From Takakia lepidozioides (lineage: Eukaryota > Plantae > Bryophyta), in the NCBI GenBank assembly GCA_030704615.1, contig CM060733.1:32488001-32552000 (forward strand): a stretch of 64,000 bases of DNA, written 5' to 3'. Below are positions 38,061 to 49,084 of the stretch, one piece after another. The translations under genes were made by a program, and so were the position numbers. The notes beneath the pieces were generated by a model, which worked only from the letters and a program-made list of their open reading frames with translations, was not told where the DNA came from and did no database searches. Position 1 is the stretch's first letter. Each line of letters begins with the position of its first letter.

Positions 38061-39490
38061 GAAAGGAAAATATCCGGTTAGCCAAAGTACAGAGGAGACT
38101 AGTTTTGGAAGGAATAACCCCAGTCGGTGGTGGGACATCGAGGCAGTAAGGTGAAAGCTTGTTATGTTACTGCAAATGGAAGCAGCAACATGCCTTGAAA
38201 ATTTTCAGGCAATGTAACGATAGCTCCGTGTGTGTGAGAGGGTCCGAGCCGCATTCAAATGTGTCAAGGGCAACATTCAAATGGCTAGAGGGGCAGCGCT
38301 GGAGTGAACCTCATTCTTTCAAGGGGCAGTTATCCCGAGGGGACACAGCCCTTGAGGTGACTGATTGCGATGTAGTGACGACATTCCCCTTATGCACTGA
38401 AGTGTGAACTACACTGGGAATTGCCACCACAACCAGAAGAGTCATTTGTTAGTTATGGGCTGAATTGAACATTTTTCTTTCTAAGATGATGTCAATAAGG
38501 ACCCTGACATTCACGAGTCAATTCCCGGTGCTCGGTTGCTTGTCCGACTGTGAAGGAGCAGTTTGACGATTGGCGTTTTCCTACATACCTGGGGGGATTG
38601 GAACCCCATGACCGACTCTGGGAGTCCAGTGGGGATTAATCTGCACGGAAATGCTGATATATCAACATTTCAAGGATTTAATCTCTCTCTCTCCCTCACA
38701 CACCTTTTTAAGAAAATTCTTGCTACAAATTCAGAATAGGAATCAGTCTTGGTAGGCAGAGGGGATGGTTTGCTATGTAGATAATGGGTTGGCATTGTCA
38801 TTGCTACTTCTTGTGAGGGGATATATACAGTATTGTTGGATGTAAGGATTGCTGAAGGAGGCATAGATTCAGGCTGTCTCAATCACCTGGTGGCATCAAA
38901 TCCTCAACCGGCACCACAAGGAAGACCAAGGTGATGCGGAGCAATGGTCAGAGACAACATTCTCTCCCCTTTGGCCCTCTACTGTGAAGAGCAAGTTGCA
39001 GTGCAACCATAGCCACATGTATTGTATTTAGTTGAAGGGCCAGTGTGGCAGTGCAAAATGAACATCGTCCATGAAGTCAATGCCAGTCATTGTATCCATA
39101 TTTCATTCCTCTGTAGACCGATTGTTTGTTGACTGTGCAATGGTATGATAATTATGCCCTACTTGCAAGGATCTCTCCTTAGTCTGTGGCTCCACTTCAG
39201 CATATCCCTGGCCGGTAGGGGTGAAATGTGTGCTCTGTAAATTACGGGTTGTCATTTCAGCTACTTGCTGTAAGGGAAAAATTATATTGCTTTTTGTTGT
39301 AGAGGCAGGACAGCTGAAGGAGGTAGAATGGAGTCTGCGTGCAGATTTATTCTAGAGGAGCAGATTTCAAGCACATAAGCGCCAACAAGGCACTGCAGAT
39401 TGATAACTACAAAAAAACTGCATGGGGAGATGGTTGTTTGGGGAAGCTGGAAGCAGCTAGGCTAAAGTCTGCGGCGAGCCCGGGTGGAGG
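38061..39490 (+). pseudogene. Degenerate split PDF motif upstream of the plus-strand PPR at 39731
   Basis: 38061-38150: GKYP...NPSRWWD(N)RGSK followed by GT (1-nt deletion). 39345 onward: IYSRGADFKHISANKALQIDNYKKTAWGDG. Confidence 0.7.
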
Positions 39491-39730
39491 GGGGTCATCT
39501 AGGCGCTTCCAGTATGACAATCCTCCTTTTATAGATTCAGACCTCCTGGAGATCTGGCCTTTCTGTTGGCATTGGGTATTCTGCAAAGTACTCTCACTGT
39601 AGTTTTCAGATTTCAAGGAGCTCAAGGAGCCTGTCTTCATGAAAATATATTTCTTTTAGTGTCTAGGAGCTTCAAGATGTGAGTTTGAGCGTCAATATCT
39701 GTAACTAAGAGTTTTGGATAATGCTGCAGC

Positions 39731-41743
39731 ATGGCAGGGTTGAATCAGGAACACGTGTCAAAATCAGGCACCTCCACCATGACCACCGATTTTGAAAGAG
39801 GACCAAGAGAGGGAGTCAGCAGGAACTCTTGTGGCACTGGTGAGGCCGTGAGGACACTATGTACGGCAGGAAAATTGAAAGAGGCGCTGCACATATTAGA
39901 CAAAGGAGGAACTCCAGCAGATTCCAGTACTTATGTCTGTCTATTGCAGGAGTGCATCAAGAGGAGAGCTCTAGTAGAGGGAAAGCAGGTACATGCCCTC
40001 GTTATCAAAAGTCGATTCAAGCCAGACATCTATCTTTTCAACACCCTCATCAACATGTATGCCAAGTGTGGAAGTGTGAAGGATGCACGCCTGGTGTTTG
40101 ACAAAGTTCCTGGACGAGATGTCTTTACGTGGACTACAATGCTGGCCGGATACGCCAAGCATGGGCGTGGTAGGGAGGCACTTGAGATCTATGAGCAAAT
40201 GATACAGGAAGGGGTGACACCCAACAAGATCACGTTTACTTGCATTCTCAATGCATGTGCCAGCCTGACAGCGCTGGAAAAGGGGAAAGGGGTCCATGTA
40301 CACATCATCCAAGCTGGGATTGTGCCAGATATTATCATGGAGAATACCCTTGTTAATATGTATTCCAAATGCGGAAGCATGAAGGATGCTCGTCGAGTGT
40401 TCAACAACATGGCTGAAAAAGATGTGGTGTCATGGGACTCAATGATTGCAGGATATGCTCAGCATGGGTGTGGTAGGGAGGCTTTTGAGATTTATGAGCA
40501 AATGCTTGAAGAAGGGGCCATGCCCAACAAGGTCACTTTTATCTGCATCCTCAATGCATGTGCCAGCTTAGGAGCCCCAGAAAAGTGCAGAGAGGTCCAT
40601 GCTGACATCATCAAAGCTGGAATTCGGCAAGATGTCATTCTGGAGACTGCTTTAGTCAACATGTACGCCAAATCCGGGAGCATACAGTATGCACGTCAAG
40701 TGTTCGACAGTATGGCTCAGCGAAATGTGGTCTCATGGAGTGCCATGATCGCCGGATATGCTCAGCATGGGTGTGGAAGGGAGGCCATGAAACTATTTCA
40801 ACAAATGCAACAGGAAGGCTTGAAGGCAGATGTGATATCATGGAGTGCAATGATTGCAGGATATGCTCAGCATGGGTTTGGTAGGGAGGCTTTTGAGACC
40901 TATGAGCAAATGAAACAGGAAGGGATATTGCCCAATATGGTGACATTCGTTTCTGTTCTCAAAGCGTGTGCCAGCCTGGCAACCCTTGAAAAGGGCAAAG
41001 AGGTCCATGCTGACATCGTTAAAGCTGGAATTGCGCCACATATCACTGTGGAGACTGCCCTTGCTGACATGTATGCTAAATGTGGGAGCATGGAGGACGC
41101 ACGTCATGTATTTAACAATATGGCTCAACGAAATGTTGTCTCATGGAATGTCTTGATTGCAGGATATGCTCAGCATGGGTTTGGTAGGGAAGCCCTGCAA
41201 CTGTTTGAGGAGATGCACCAGGAAGGCTTGAAGCCAAATAGTATCACTTTTATATGTGTTCTCTCTGCATGTAGCCACATTGGTCTTGTGGATGAAGGCT
41301 GTCACTACTTTGATGTCATAAGTCAAGATCATGGCCTCACTCCTACAGTGGAGCATTTTGGCTGCATAGTGGACCTTCTTGGCCGTGCAGGGAGATTGGA
41401 TGAGGCAGAAGACTTCATTAAAAAAATGCCAATTGAACCGGCAGCTGGGGTGTGGGGAGCCTTGCTTGGTGCCTGCAGCATGCATGTCAATCTGGAGGTG
41501 GCAGAACGTGCAGCAAAATGCCTTCTCAAGTGGAATTCACAGGATACTACAACTTATGTGCTGCTATCAAATATCTATGCCGCAGCTGGCAGGTGGGACG
41601 ACACTGCGAAGGTGAGAAAAATGATGAAGGATGCAGGTGGCAGAAAGGAGCCTGGTCACAGCTGCATTGAGGTTGACAACCGTACCCACACATTTGTTGT
41701 TGACGACAAATTGCATCCACAAATTGACAAAAATACATTCTGA
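39731..41743 (+). CDS. PLS-class PPR protein of E+ type (E1-E2 plus PG box, DYW lost)
   Basis: Open 670-aa ORF with the KSGTSTMTTDFERGPREG linker, P/L/S motifs including one P-P doublet, E1/E2, and KEPGHSCIEVDNRTHTFVVDDKLHPQ before a frameshift stop. Confidence 0.9.
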   Translation: MAGLNQEHVSKSGTSTMTTDFERGPREGVSRNSCGTGEAVRTLCTAGKLKEALHILDKGGTPADSSTYVCLLQECIKRRALVEGKQVHALVIKSRFKPDIYLFNTLINMYAKCGSVKDARLVFDKVPGRDVFTWTTMLAGYAKHGRGREALEIYEQMIQEGVTPNKITFTCILNACASLTALEKGKGVHVHIIQAGIVPDIIMENTLVNMYSKCGSMKDARRVFNNMAEKDVVSWDSMIAGYAQHGCGREAFEIYEQMLEEGAMPNKVTFICILNACASLGAPEKCREVHADIIKAGIRQDVILETALVNMYAKSGSIQYARQVFDSMAQRNVVSWSAMIAGYAQHGCGREAMKLFQQMQQEGLKADVISWSAMIAGYAQHGFGREAFETYEQMKQEGILPNMVTFVSVLKACASLATLEKGKEVHADIVKAGIAPHITVETALADMYAKCGSMEDARHVFNNMAQRNVVSWNVLIAGYAQHGFGREALQLFEEMHQEGLKPNSITFICVLSACSHIGLVDEGCHYFDVISQDHGLTPTVEHFGCIVDLLGRAGRLDEAEDFIKKMPIEPAAGVWGALLGACSMHVNLEVAERAAKCLLKWNSQDTTTYVLLSNIYAAAGRWDDTAKVRKMMKDAGGRKEPGHSCIEVDNRTHTFVVDDKLHPQIDKNTF

Positions 41744-42053
41744 GCGAAAAGATTGTCTGGGCAGATGAATGAGGCCAGGTACAGCCTGATACCAGCTTTG
41801 TATTGCATGATGTTGAGGAGGAGGTAAAGGGATTTCTCTCTGCTACCATAGTAGGAAACTAGCAATTGCTTTTGGGCTCATCAGCACATCGCCTGGGACG
41901 CCTCTCCATGCCATAACAAACCTTCAGGTGTACGGCCACTACCACATGGCCATGAAGTTCAGCTCATAGATTGTTGAGGGAGCAATTGTTGCATGAGGTT
42001 CCTACCGATTTCACCACTTCCAACCTGGGGTTTCTTCCTGCGGGGATTACTGA
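41744..42053 (+). pseudogene. Decayed DYW domain
   Basis: [22 protein letters not shown]...NLQVYGHYH...RFHHFQPGVSSCGDY*. The catalytic Glu, CxxC and terminal Trp are all lost and internal stops are present. Confidence 0.9.
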
Positions 42054-42899
42054 TGAAACAAACATGCGCATTGCGTAAGAGGGTGGAATGCTCATTATTT
42101 GCCCTTTAGCATACATGGTAGCACCCGAGGAGATGTCACAAGAAAAAAACAATTACAACGTCGGCAGAGAGGCCAACCAGGGTAGGATAGAACAGGGATA
42201 GAGTAGAATGTCAAGCCCATCAGATTAATGGCTGTGGTGGTTTAGTGCAGTAGGGCCCAGAGGGAGGTCATTAAATTGTCATATGGACCATCAATTTTTT
42301 TGTTACCACCGGTGTCAGTTGACATTTCATTAGTGTGTTATGTTAAATGCGCAACCAGTTATCCTCCTGCATGAAATGCAACTATGTATTGGTGAATGTC
42401 TATATTGTAGATGCTATCAATCTGGGACATGTTCTTATATAATTGATTTAACTTAAATATTCAATAGTTTTCCCATATGAATGCATGGTGCCAGTGTGAT
42501 AATGCACAATTCTATATGTATGTATATTGTTATTGCCTTGAAAAAGACCCTTTGGAACTTAAGGGACTTGGTTAAATTTAATTGTTTTTAGAAAAGAAAG
42601 GGGACAGAAGCGACCCTTCTAATCACATTAATAAAGGAGCAGGAAAAAATAACCCAACAACAAAAGCCAAATAAAGCATCAGGAGGGGATACCACCCCTA
42701 AGCAGCATCACAATACCCAAAGGTATTTAAGCATTTGCATGTGGAGATCCTAACTGCGCTAGTGTGAGAAAGCGAGAAGGAGGTGACAAAGAGAATCCGA
42801 CCAGAAATCAGGATGGGTCTTAATCCTAGCTATGCAACTTTCCGATGGTGCCAATTCACTTCCCGGTCTTCGCCATCAAGTCATGGACCCCCCACCATT

Positions 42900-44620
42900 C
42901 CTGGGGGAGACCATCGTGCCAAGAAATGCAAGAAACATGAAATAATTTTTTCTTGGAGATCGATTCAGGAGATAGACCGCAGAATTGACTCCCTCAGTCC
43001 AGAGGTACTTTGGAAGAGAATTCTCCAATAGGAGACTTCGAGCATGCTCCAGCAATGTTCTGTTCATGTTCTGTTCTTCCCCTCACAGATTCCATTTTGT
43101 TGTGGCGTGTAGGACTAGGTGAGCTGCTGCTGAATCCCTTCCTTCTTGCAAAATTCGGTGAATTTAGTGGAAATGAACTCTCCACCCCTATCTCTGGGTA
43201 GGCAACTTATCAATTTACCGGTCATTTTTTCTATCATGACCTTGAAATCTTTGAAACAACTTAAGGCTTGACTTTTCTCTTTGAGAAAATACACCCATTT
43301 GAACCTACTATAATCATATGTAATGGCCATTATAAAGTACCTAGAACCAGACAAAGATGCGACAGGGAGGGGTCCACAAAGATCGGTATGCACTAATTCA
43401 AATATCCTTTTAGCTCTATGTTCACTAGTGTGAGGAAACCTCTCTCTATGTTATTTTCCTAGTAGACACGGTTTGCAGTTCTGAAATGAGAGGAAGTCTA
43501 GGCATTCCCAAAACCTTATTACTATTACTAAGAAAATGAAGACTATGATAATTAAGATGACCAAGATGACCAAGTCGTCTATGCCAAAGTCTAGCAATCT
43601 CATCAGATTCTACACTATCAATTTCTAGAAGAGACTCATTTGATCTAGAATCTAGGTTATGCATGCCTATAGACTTGACGCGTTTTCCTTGCAAGACAAT
43701 TTTGTGAGGATGGTCTTTTTCTACGAACAAGCATTGACGTGCACCAAAGATACCAAGATGGCATTTGTCAGCTAGAGCACCGACTGACAACAAATTCCTT
43801 GTCATACCAGGGACTTACAAAACATCAATAATATGTTTTATTTCACCATTCTGCAGTACATTGGTATGACCCAGCTTTCCTTTCACAGAATGATAGGTGC
43901 CACCGGCAGATCGAACACTGGAGGTACCGCTGGCTGGTTTCCATGTCGTGGAGAATTCCTGAATTTCCATTGACATGCTTACTAGCTCCTGAATCCATGA
44001 TCCAAGAAGCCCGCTTTTCTGCATGAGAGAGATCGTCGTTGGTATTGAGTGCAGCCATTGCCGCTTCAAGCATTTCAGCAGCTCCAACACAATTTTCTTA
44101 GTCAGAATCCTCATGTACATCCTCAACCTGGTTCCGAGCCTTAAGGATCTCCTCATAGGGTACTTGACAATTCTTGGCCCAGTGGCCACTCCCATCTCTC
44201 CCACACCTGTTACAGCTAGAAGCCACAGATCTCTGAGGATGGAATCGTCCTCATCTGCTGTTCCATTCTCCCTGTATGTAGGCATTGTTGAAGTGCTTAA
44301 ACTTCACCCAGTGGGCTTCGTCCAGGCTCAGTTTGCAACCTCTTAGCTCCCTTCATCTTTCCTCATGTAGCAATTTTGAGGTGTTATGCAACATTTGGGA
44401 GCTCCCTTTGAGCCATCATGGAATCTCCATAAGCAAGGTATGAATCAGGCAGTGCATTCAGAATGGTCTCCACCACAATGTGCTCATCGATCTCTTCACC
44501 AAAGCTACCAAGTTGGGCCACCAGACTACTGATGGTTTCAAGGAACTCTTCCATTGAAGTACCTTCAGTCATTTTAATGCTCTGAAGCTTACTGCCATCT
44601 GCCTAGATGATGATGACCTT
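42900..44620 (-). mobile_element. Ty1/Copia retrotransposon remnant (gag, protease, GAG-pre-integrase, integrase)
   Basis: MTEGTSMEEFL...ILNALPDSY, WIMDSGASKHV, RNLLSVG, LWHRRLGHL, HTDLCGP, DRGGEF, NRTLLEHARSLL. Many frameshifts. Confidence 0.92.
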
Positions 44621-45019
44621 ATCGTAAAGATAAGGTCAACCAACATGTAGCCCAGTGGTAACGGCATATACCCTCTTACAATGGTTGTGGGTTCAAACCA
44701 CCCTATAATTGGTTGTTACAAAGGTGTCCACACTCCTATCGGAAGGCAGTAGCCCTTATGAGTCAAGTGACACCATAATTTACGACTTGCTTGGGCAACG
44801 CGTCCACCTTTTTTATGACTTCAAAGAGAGAGATCAGTGACAGTGAGAGCTATGAGCTTCTTCTTTCTAGCTTTTTACCATTCTTTGTCTTTACTTTGCT
44901 TCTGGCTCCCACTCTGTTTTTTGTTCTCTTTCTTGTTTCTTGTTTCCTTTTGTCCCATAAGCTCTTTGAGCTTTGTGCGGACACTATAAAGCTCCATGAT
45001 TTCATTTCGTTTCATTTAG

Positions 45020-46650
45020 CAGAAGATATGACGCAAGTGGGTGTTAGGCATATTTCCTACATCGATCTTTCCGACTATGAGTTATATGAAGAAAGAAAGA
45101 TCTGGCCAGCATTCTAATTGTCCAGCTGCAGAATTGGACAGGGAGGATTTCTAGCAAATGGCCGCAACTACTCATGAAAAATTCAGGTCTTGTTCAAGGC
45201 GTTGGATCTTGCTGCTCTAGCAGTAGCTAATCTTGCAGCTCCACCAGCGATAATACCTCCGACTCCAACAGCAGACTCTAGGTACCATTGACGAATCTTC
45301 TAGCACAGTGACAGTGACTCTGGTGCTACATATATATTATATGGAGAGGTGTAGGGAGAAACGGAAGGTGAAGGTAATTGTTTCTTGACAAAAAAAGAAT
45401 AAGAGTGCATATAAACTGTTTCAAGATGAGTCAGGTGGTGTGATCAGGCTTATATATGAACCAAGGCTACATCAAATATGAAGATACAAATAAATTCCTA
45501 CTTATGACATTTCTCAAGAGACTGTTTCAGGCGTTGAAAAGAAGAAAATTCTGATACCAGTGATTCTATTGAGCTTCTGTGTCTACAGTGATTTTTCCAG
45601 GTCAAGTGCAAATGTATGCTAACATTTGCCATTTTGTGGGACACTCATCCCAAGGTCTGTCATTTGATCTGAAGTTTAGTCCATCCTTGAGAGTGCATCC
45701 TGCATCAGCTGGTAAATATTTGTACGTAAGTTGTGCAGTGGACCGTGGAACAATTCATATCTAGCTACCAGCTTCAATCCTTTTGATGAGTTCTCTGGTG
45801 TCTTGAGGATGTGTCATTCAGTTGCTCCTTCATCGATACTGTCTAATCTATACATTAGCATTTCAACCAACCTTGACACATTCTAAAAAACTGAATTTTG
45901 TCACATTTCCCACATGTCACGGTGAGATGTTGAGTTAAAATAAACTAAACTTATCTAGGTGTCCAATTCTTGTGCTGCTGTGAGAAACCGGAAATAAGCA
46001 CAAGTAGGGAAACTACTTGCCCTTTAGGCACAAAGAACATTGTTCATACCCATAGTTTCTTGTACATAATTAAGCTTTGTTCACTTTTAAATATTCAACC
46101 TCATATAACACATTATGTCACTTTTCTCTACTTTCACAGCTTTCATAGCTTTGATACTCCATAAAATTTCATGCATCTGACTTACAATTCCATTGCAGCC
46201 CATTTGGCGAATAAAAGAGAAAATGCTTTGAGGGGGTTTGAGGGGTCAAGAGGCGAAGAGAGGGCGGAGAGCCATTGTTACCTCTCACGTGAGAAGACAG
46301 CTTGTACTCATTTGAACCCCAGTGAGTGCACATTTTCTTTCTAATGACAACCAGATTGCGAGAAACGGCAATTGTGGCAACTGATGAGGGGAGGGGCCTT
46401 AATTATATAACTGTTTAGTAGATAGTTGCAATACGAAATATAGTTGTACTAGCATGAGTTTCGTTCACATTTCTCTCAGGTAGACCCCTTGGACACTGGC
46501 GCTTTACAAAGCCTGCATACACATATACACATGGCAACTGTGTTCAGTGTACGGATGAATGCCAAGTGGCAATCTGGGGCAAGACAGCTAGTAGTAGTGC
46601 TCAACATACTGAATTGGCTTAACTGGGTAAGCTTAATGTAGCTAGATGAG
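45020..46650 (+). pseudogene. Degenerate segmental duplicate of the acidic ORF and its 3' flank at about 52755-54070
   Basis: GVRHISYIDLSDYELYEER, CAAGGCGTTGGATCTTGCTGCTC, CTGTT..CAAGATGAGTCAGGTGGTG, TTCTCAAGAGACTGTTTCA and downstream non-coding blocks are shared in the same order. Confidence 0.8.
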
Positions 46651-48859
46651 GGCATGCAGTGGATCAGTGTCTAAGTCGAATCTAAGTAGAATAGTGCTGA
46701 TACCTTGCTTTTCTTTTAAGTGTGATTTGACTAAATCATTGCAATCAGTTGTAGATGGTTTCTGATCCAGACGGAAAACCCTTTCGTATCTCTCAATATC
46801 CCAGCTTTTACCAAAATGTGAGATCTCACTTCTCTAATCAAATAAAGTACAACCTCTGTTTTCCAAATAAATTAGTAAGGGGAAAAGTGCCATTTAAATT
46901 CATTATATGAAGAAAGGAGTAACGGAAAAGTAACCATATCACAGACAAAACATAATGTGGATATAGCCTGGAGAACCTGGCAGGAACCAGCCCAAGGGAA
47001 AGTTTCAAACAGATGAAAGTTGATAGCAAGCCATGAACCTTGTGGCATCTCTTCTAACAATCAACCATGCAATTCTCCCACTAAAAATGTGGTGGGTCAG
47101 AAATTAGCGATCAGGGAGTGTGTGCCAGATGGGGAGAAAATCTGAAAAACGTCAGATGTCCGTATCCACGTCACCTGTTCAGTGGGCAGGGAAGGAAGAA
47201 TCCAATGGGCTCCTGAAGTAACATCACTGATCAGCATCCCATCCTCATCTCATAACTACTCCAAACACTAGGCGCTTACGGATACATGGAGATGCATGGT
47301 TATAAATGGTTGATGTGATGCTCTCAGTACACGCCAGATTAACGATGCGCAAGATGCCAAGCATGTAGGCACGTATATAGTTATGGCTGATAAATAGACT
47401 TACTCCTTCAGACCTCCGTCTGAATGTCCCAAGCGTAGTGTACAGGTGCCCAGTATACGTAAGCACGAACATATGTGCACATGATTGCACGATTGCTTGG
47501 ATTTGCTGCACTGAGACTTGCTGTGTAACGTTGATGTCAGATGCCAAGCCTGTAGGTACGTATATATTTGTGGCTGATTAGACTTGCATAAGGCTTACAT
47601 AGCCTTTATTCAACTTTCCTGTCATTAATAAAGTATGTCTATATATCCCTCATGAAATGTTACAAGCATACATACAGGTTGCTGTGTTGATGAGCTTCAG
47701 GGAAATTGTGACTAAGTTTTTGTAAAGTCTAGTTATTAATACTTACAAATAACAGACTGAACTACTTACTGTCAATGATGGGTTTGTGAAGGAATCGAAA
47801 CCTTTAAATTCATCGACTTTTGCCTATGAGCAGTATATAGTAAGATATATCTGTCATTGACTTGTATTCTTCTGGTCTGGTCTGGATGTGCATGAAAGGG
47901 ACTAGAGAAATCATTTGCCAGTGAAGAAAGGGACTCCAATTATCATGAGCATCGAGCTGCATCTAGCTGGGATTGGAAAGGACTCCATACCTATCCTGCA
48001 GTTGTTTCATGAGATCTTAGGGTTGTTTCTATGTAGTGAAATCTATTCACAGAGATAAATATACATGTTTGCAATGATTGTTGTCCTTAGTCTCAGACCT
48101 GTCTGAGACCTGGTGATGGCCGGAAAGCATTGTACAGTGTATGGACACTGAAACATGGCCCACAATAGTGTCTCTTTGCAGAATTATTGTCATTGCTGAA
48201 AGCTGTATACAGAGACTAGTGTTGATGAGGAAATGTGCCCCTGCACCATGAGCCAATATATTTGGAAGGGGATCAATCCATGAGTTTAGGAGATGGACAC
48301 CTCTGACTACATTATCATACTCAGTTACCATATGATGTGTGGGGACATCTCTCTTACATATCTCTTTTAGCATTTGTCAGGCCATAGTGCATAAATAGTG
48401 ATTCAAATATTGTTGGTAGTATTGTTTGATATTTAGTAAATGGGATCTTAGATCTAGTTAAATGGAATATGGGTAGTCCACTTACCGGCTTCCGTATTCT
48501 AGTGTACGGCCTATGGAAGTATTTGCACGATTACTTGTGTGAGCTGGATTAGTACGTGTGGTTCTTCGCTTTTGTGTTTATTTTGCTTAAGAGAAAAACC
48601 TTTCTTCACTTGTGTGAGCTTGACAGTCTTTGGAGAGAGAGAGAGAGAAATTAATTACTTTGACGTGCACGTCTTTACTGCTGTGAATGCGAATTTCATT
48701 TTCGAGAAGACTCTGATGAATACATAGTGCAGAGAATACAGAGAGAACTTTCTTGCAGACTGGTTTGTGCGAGAAAGAGTACTTAACTTGTACATGTATT
48801 TATTGATTTGTGTGTATGTTAATCAGCTAGTGACCTTCAGTTTTCTTGACTGAATTGTT

Positions 48860-49060
48860 CATATAGAGAAATGAAATGAAAGGTACTCTATAACGTCCCT
48901 CAAAGAGCTTATAACACAAGAGGAGAAGGGCAGTAGAGAAGAAATGTAACTCTTACACGATTTTCCTGCTTTGCAAATGGGGCATAGGTGGTCGTCACGT
49001 TGCAGATTATCCCACCGACCAGTCTCTATCAGCAGAGATTGGAGCCCACCCTGGATCTCG
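48860..49060 (-). mobile_element. LINE 3' fragment (ETGRW plus zinc knuckle, RTEX/L2-like) with a (CATTT)n tail
   Basis: LLIETGRWDNLQRDDHLCPIC. Ends in TTTCATTTCATTTC. Related to 50960-51340. Confidence 0.7.
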
Positions 49061-49084
49061 AGAGCAGCTGAACTATGAACGAAT

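Noticed and set aside
22259-41529. Many antisense and alternative-frame ORFs over the PPR genes (for example 23262-24230 and 23324-24121)
   Set aside because: These are shadow ORFs caused by the repetitive, codon-biased PPR sequence and carry no independent motifs.
47340-47580. Two roughly 40-bp direct repeats about 188 bp apart
   Set aside because: An old local duplication with no coding or structural signal I can support.
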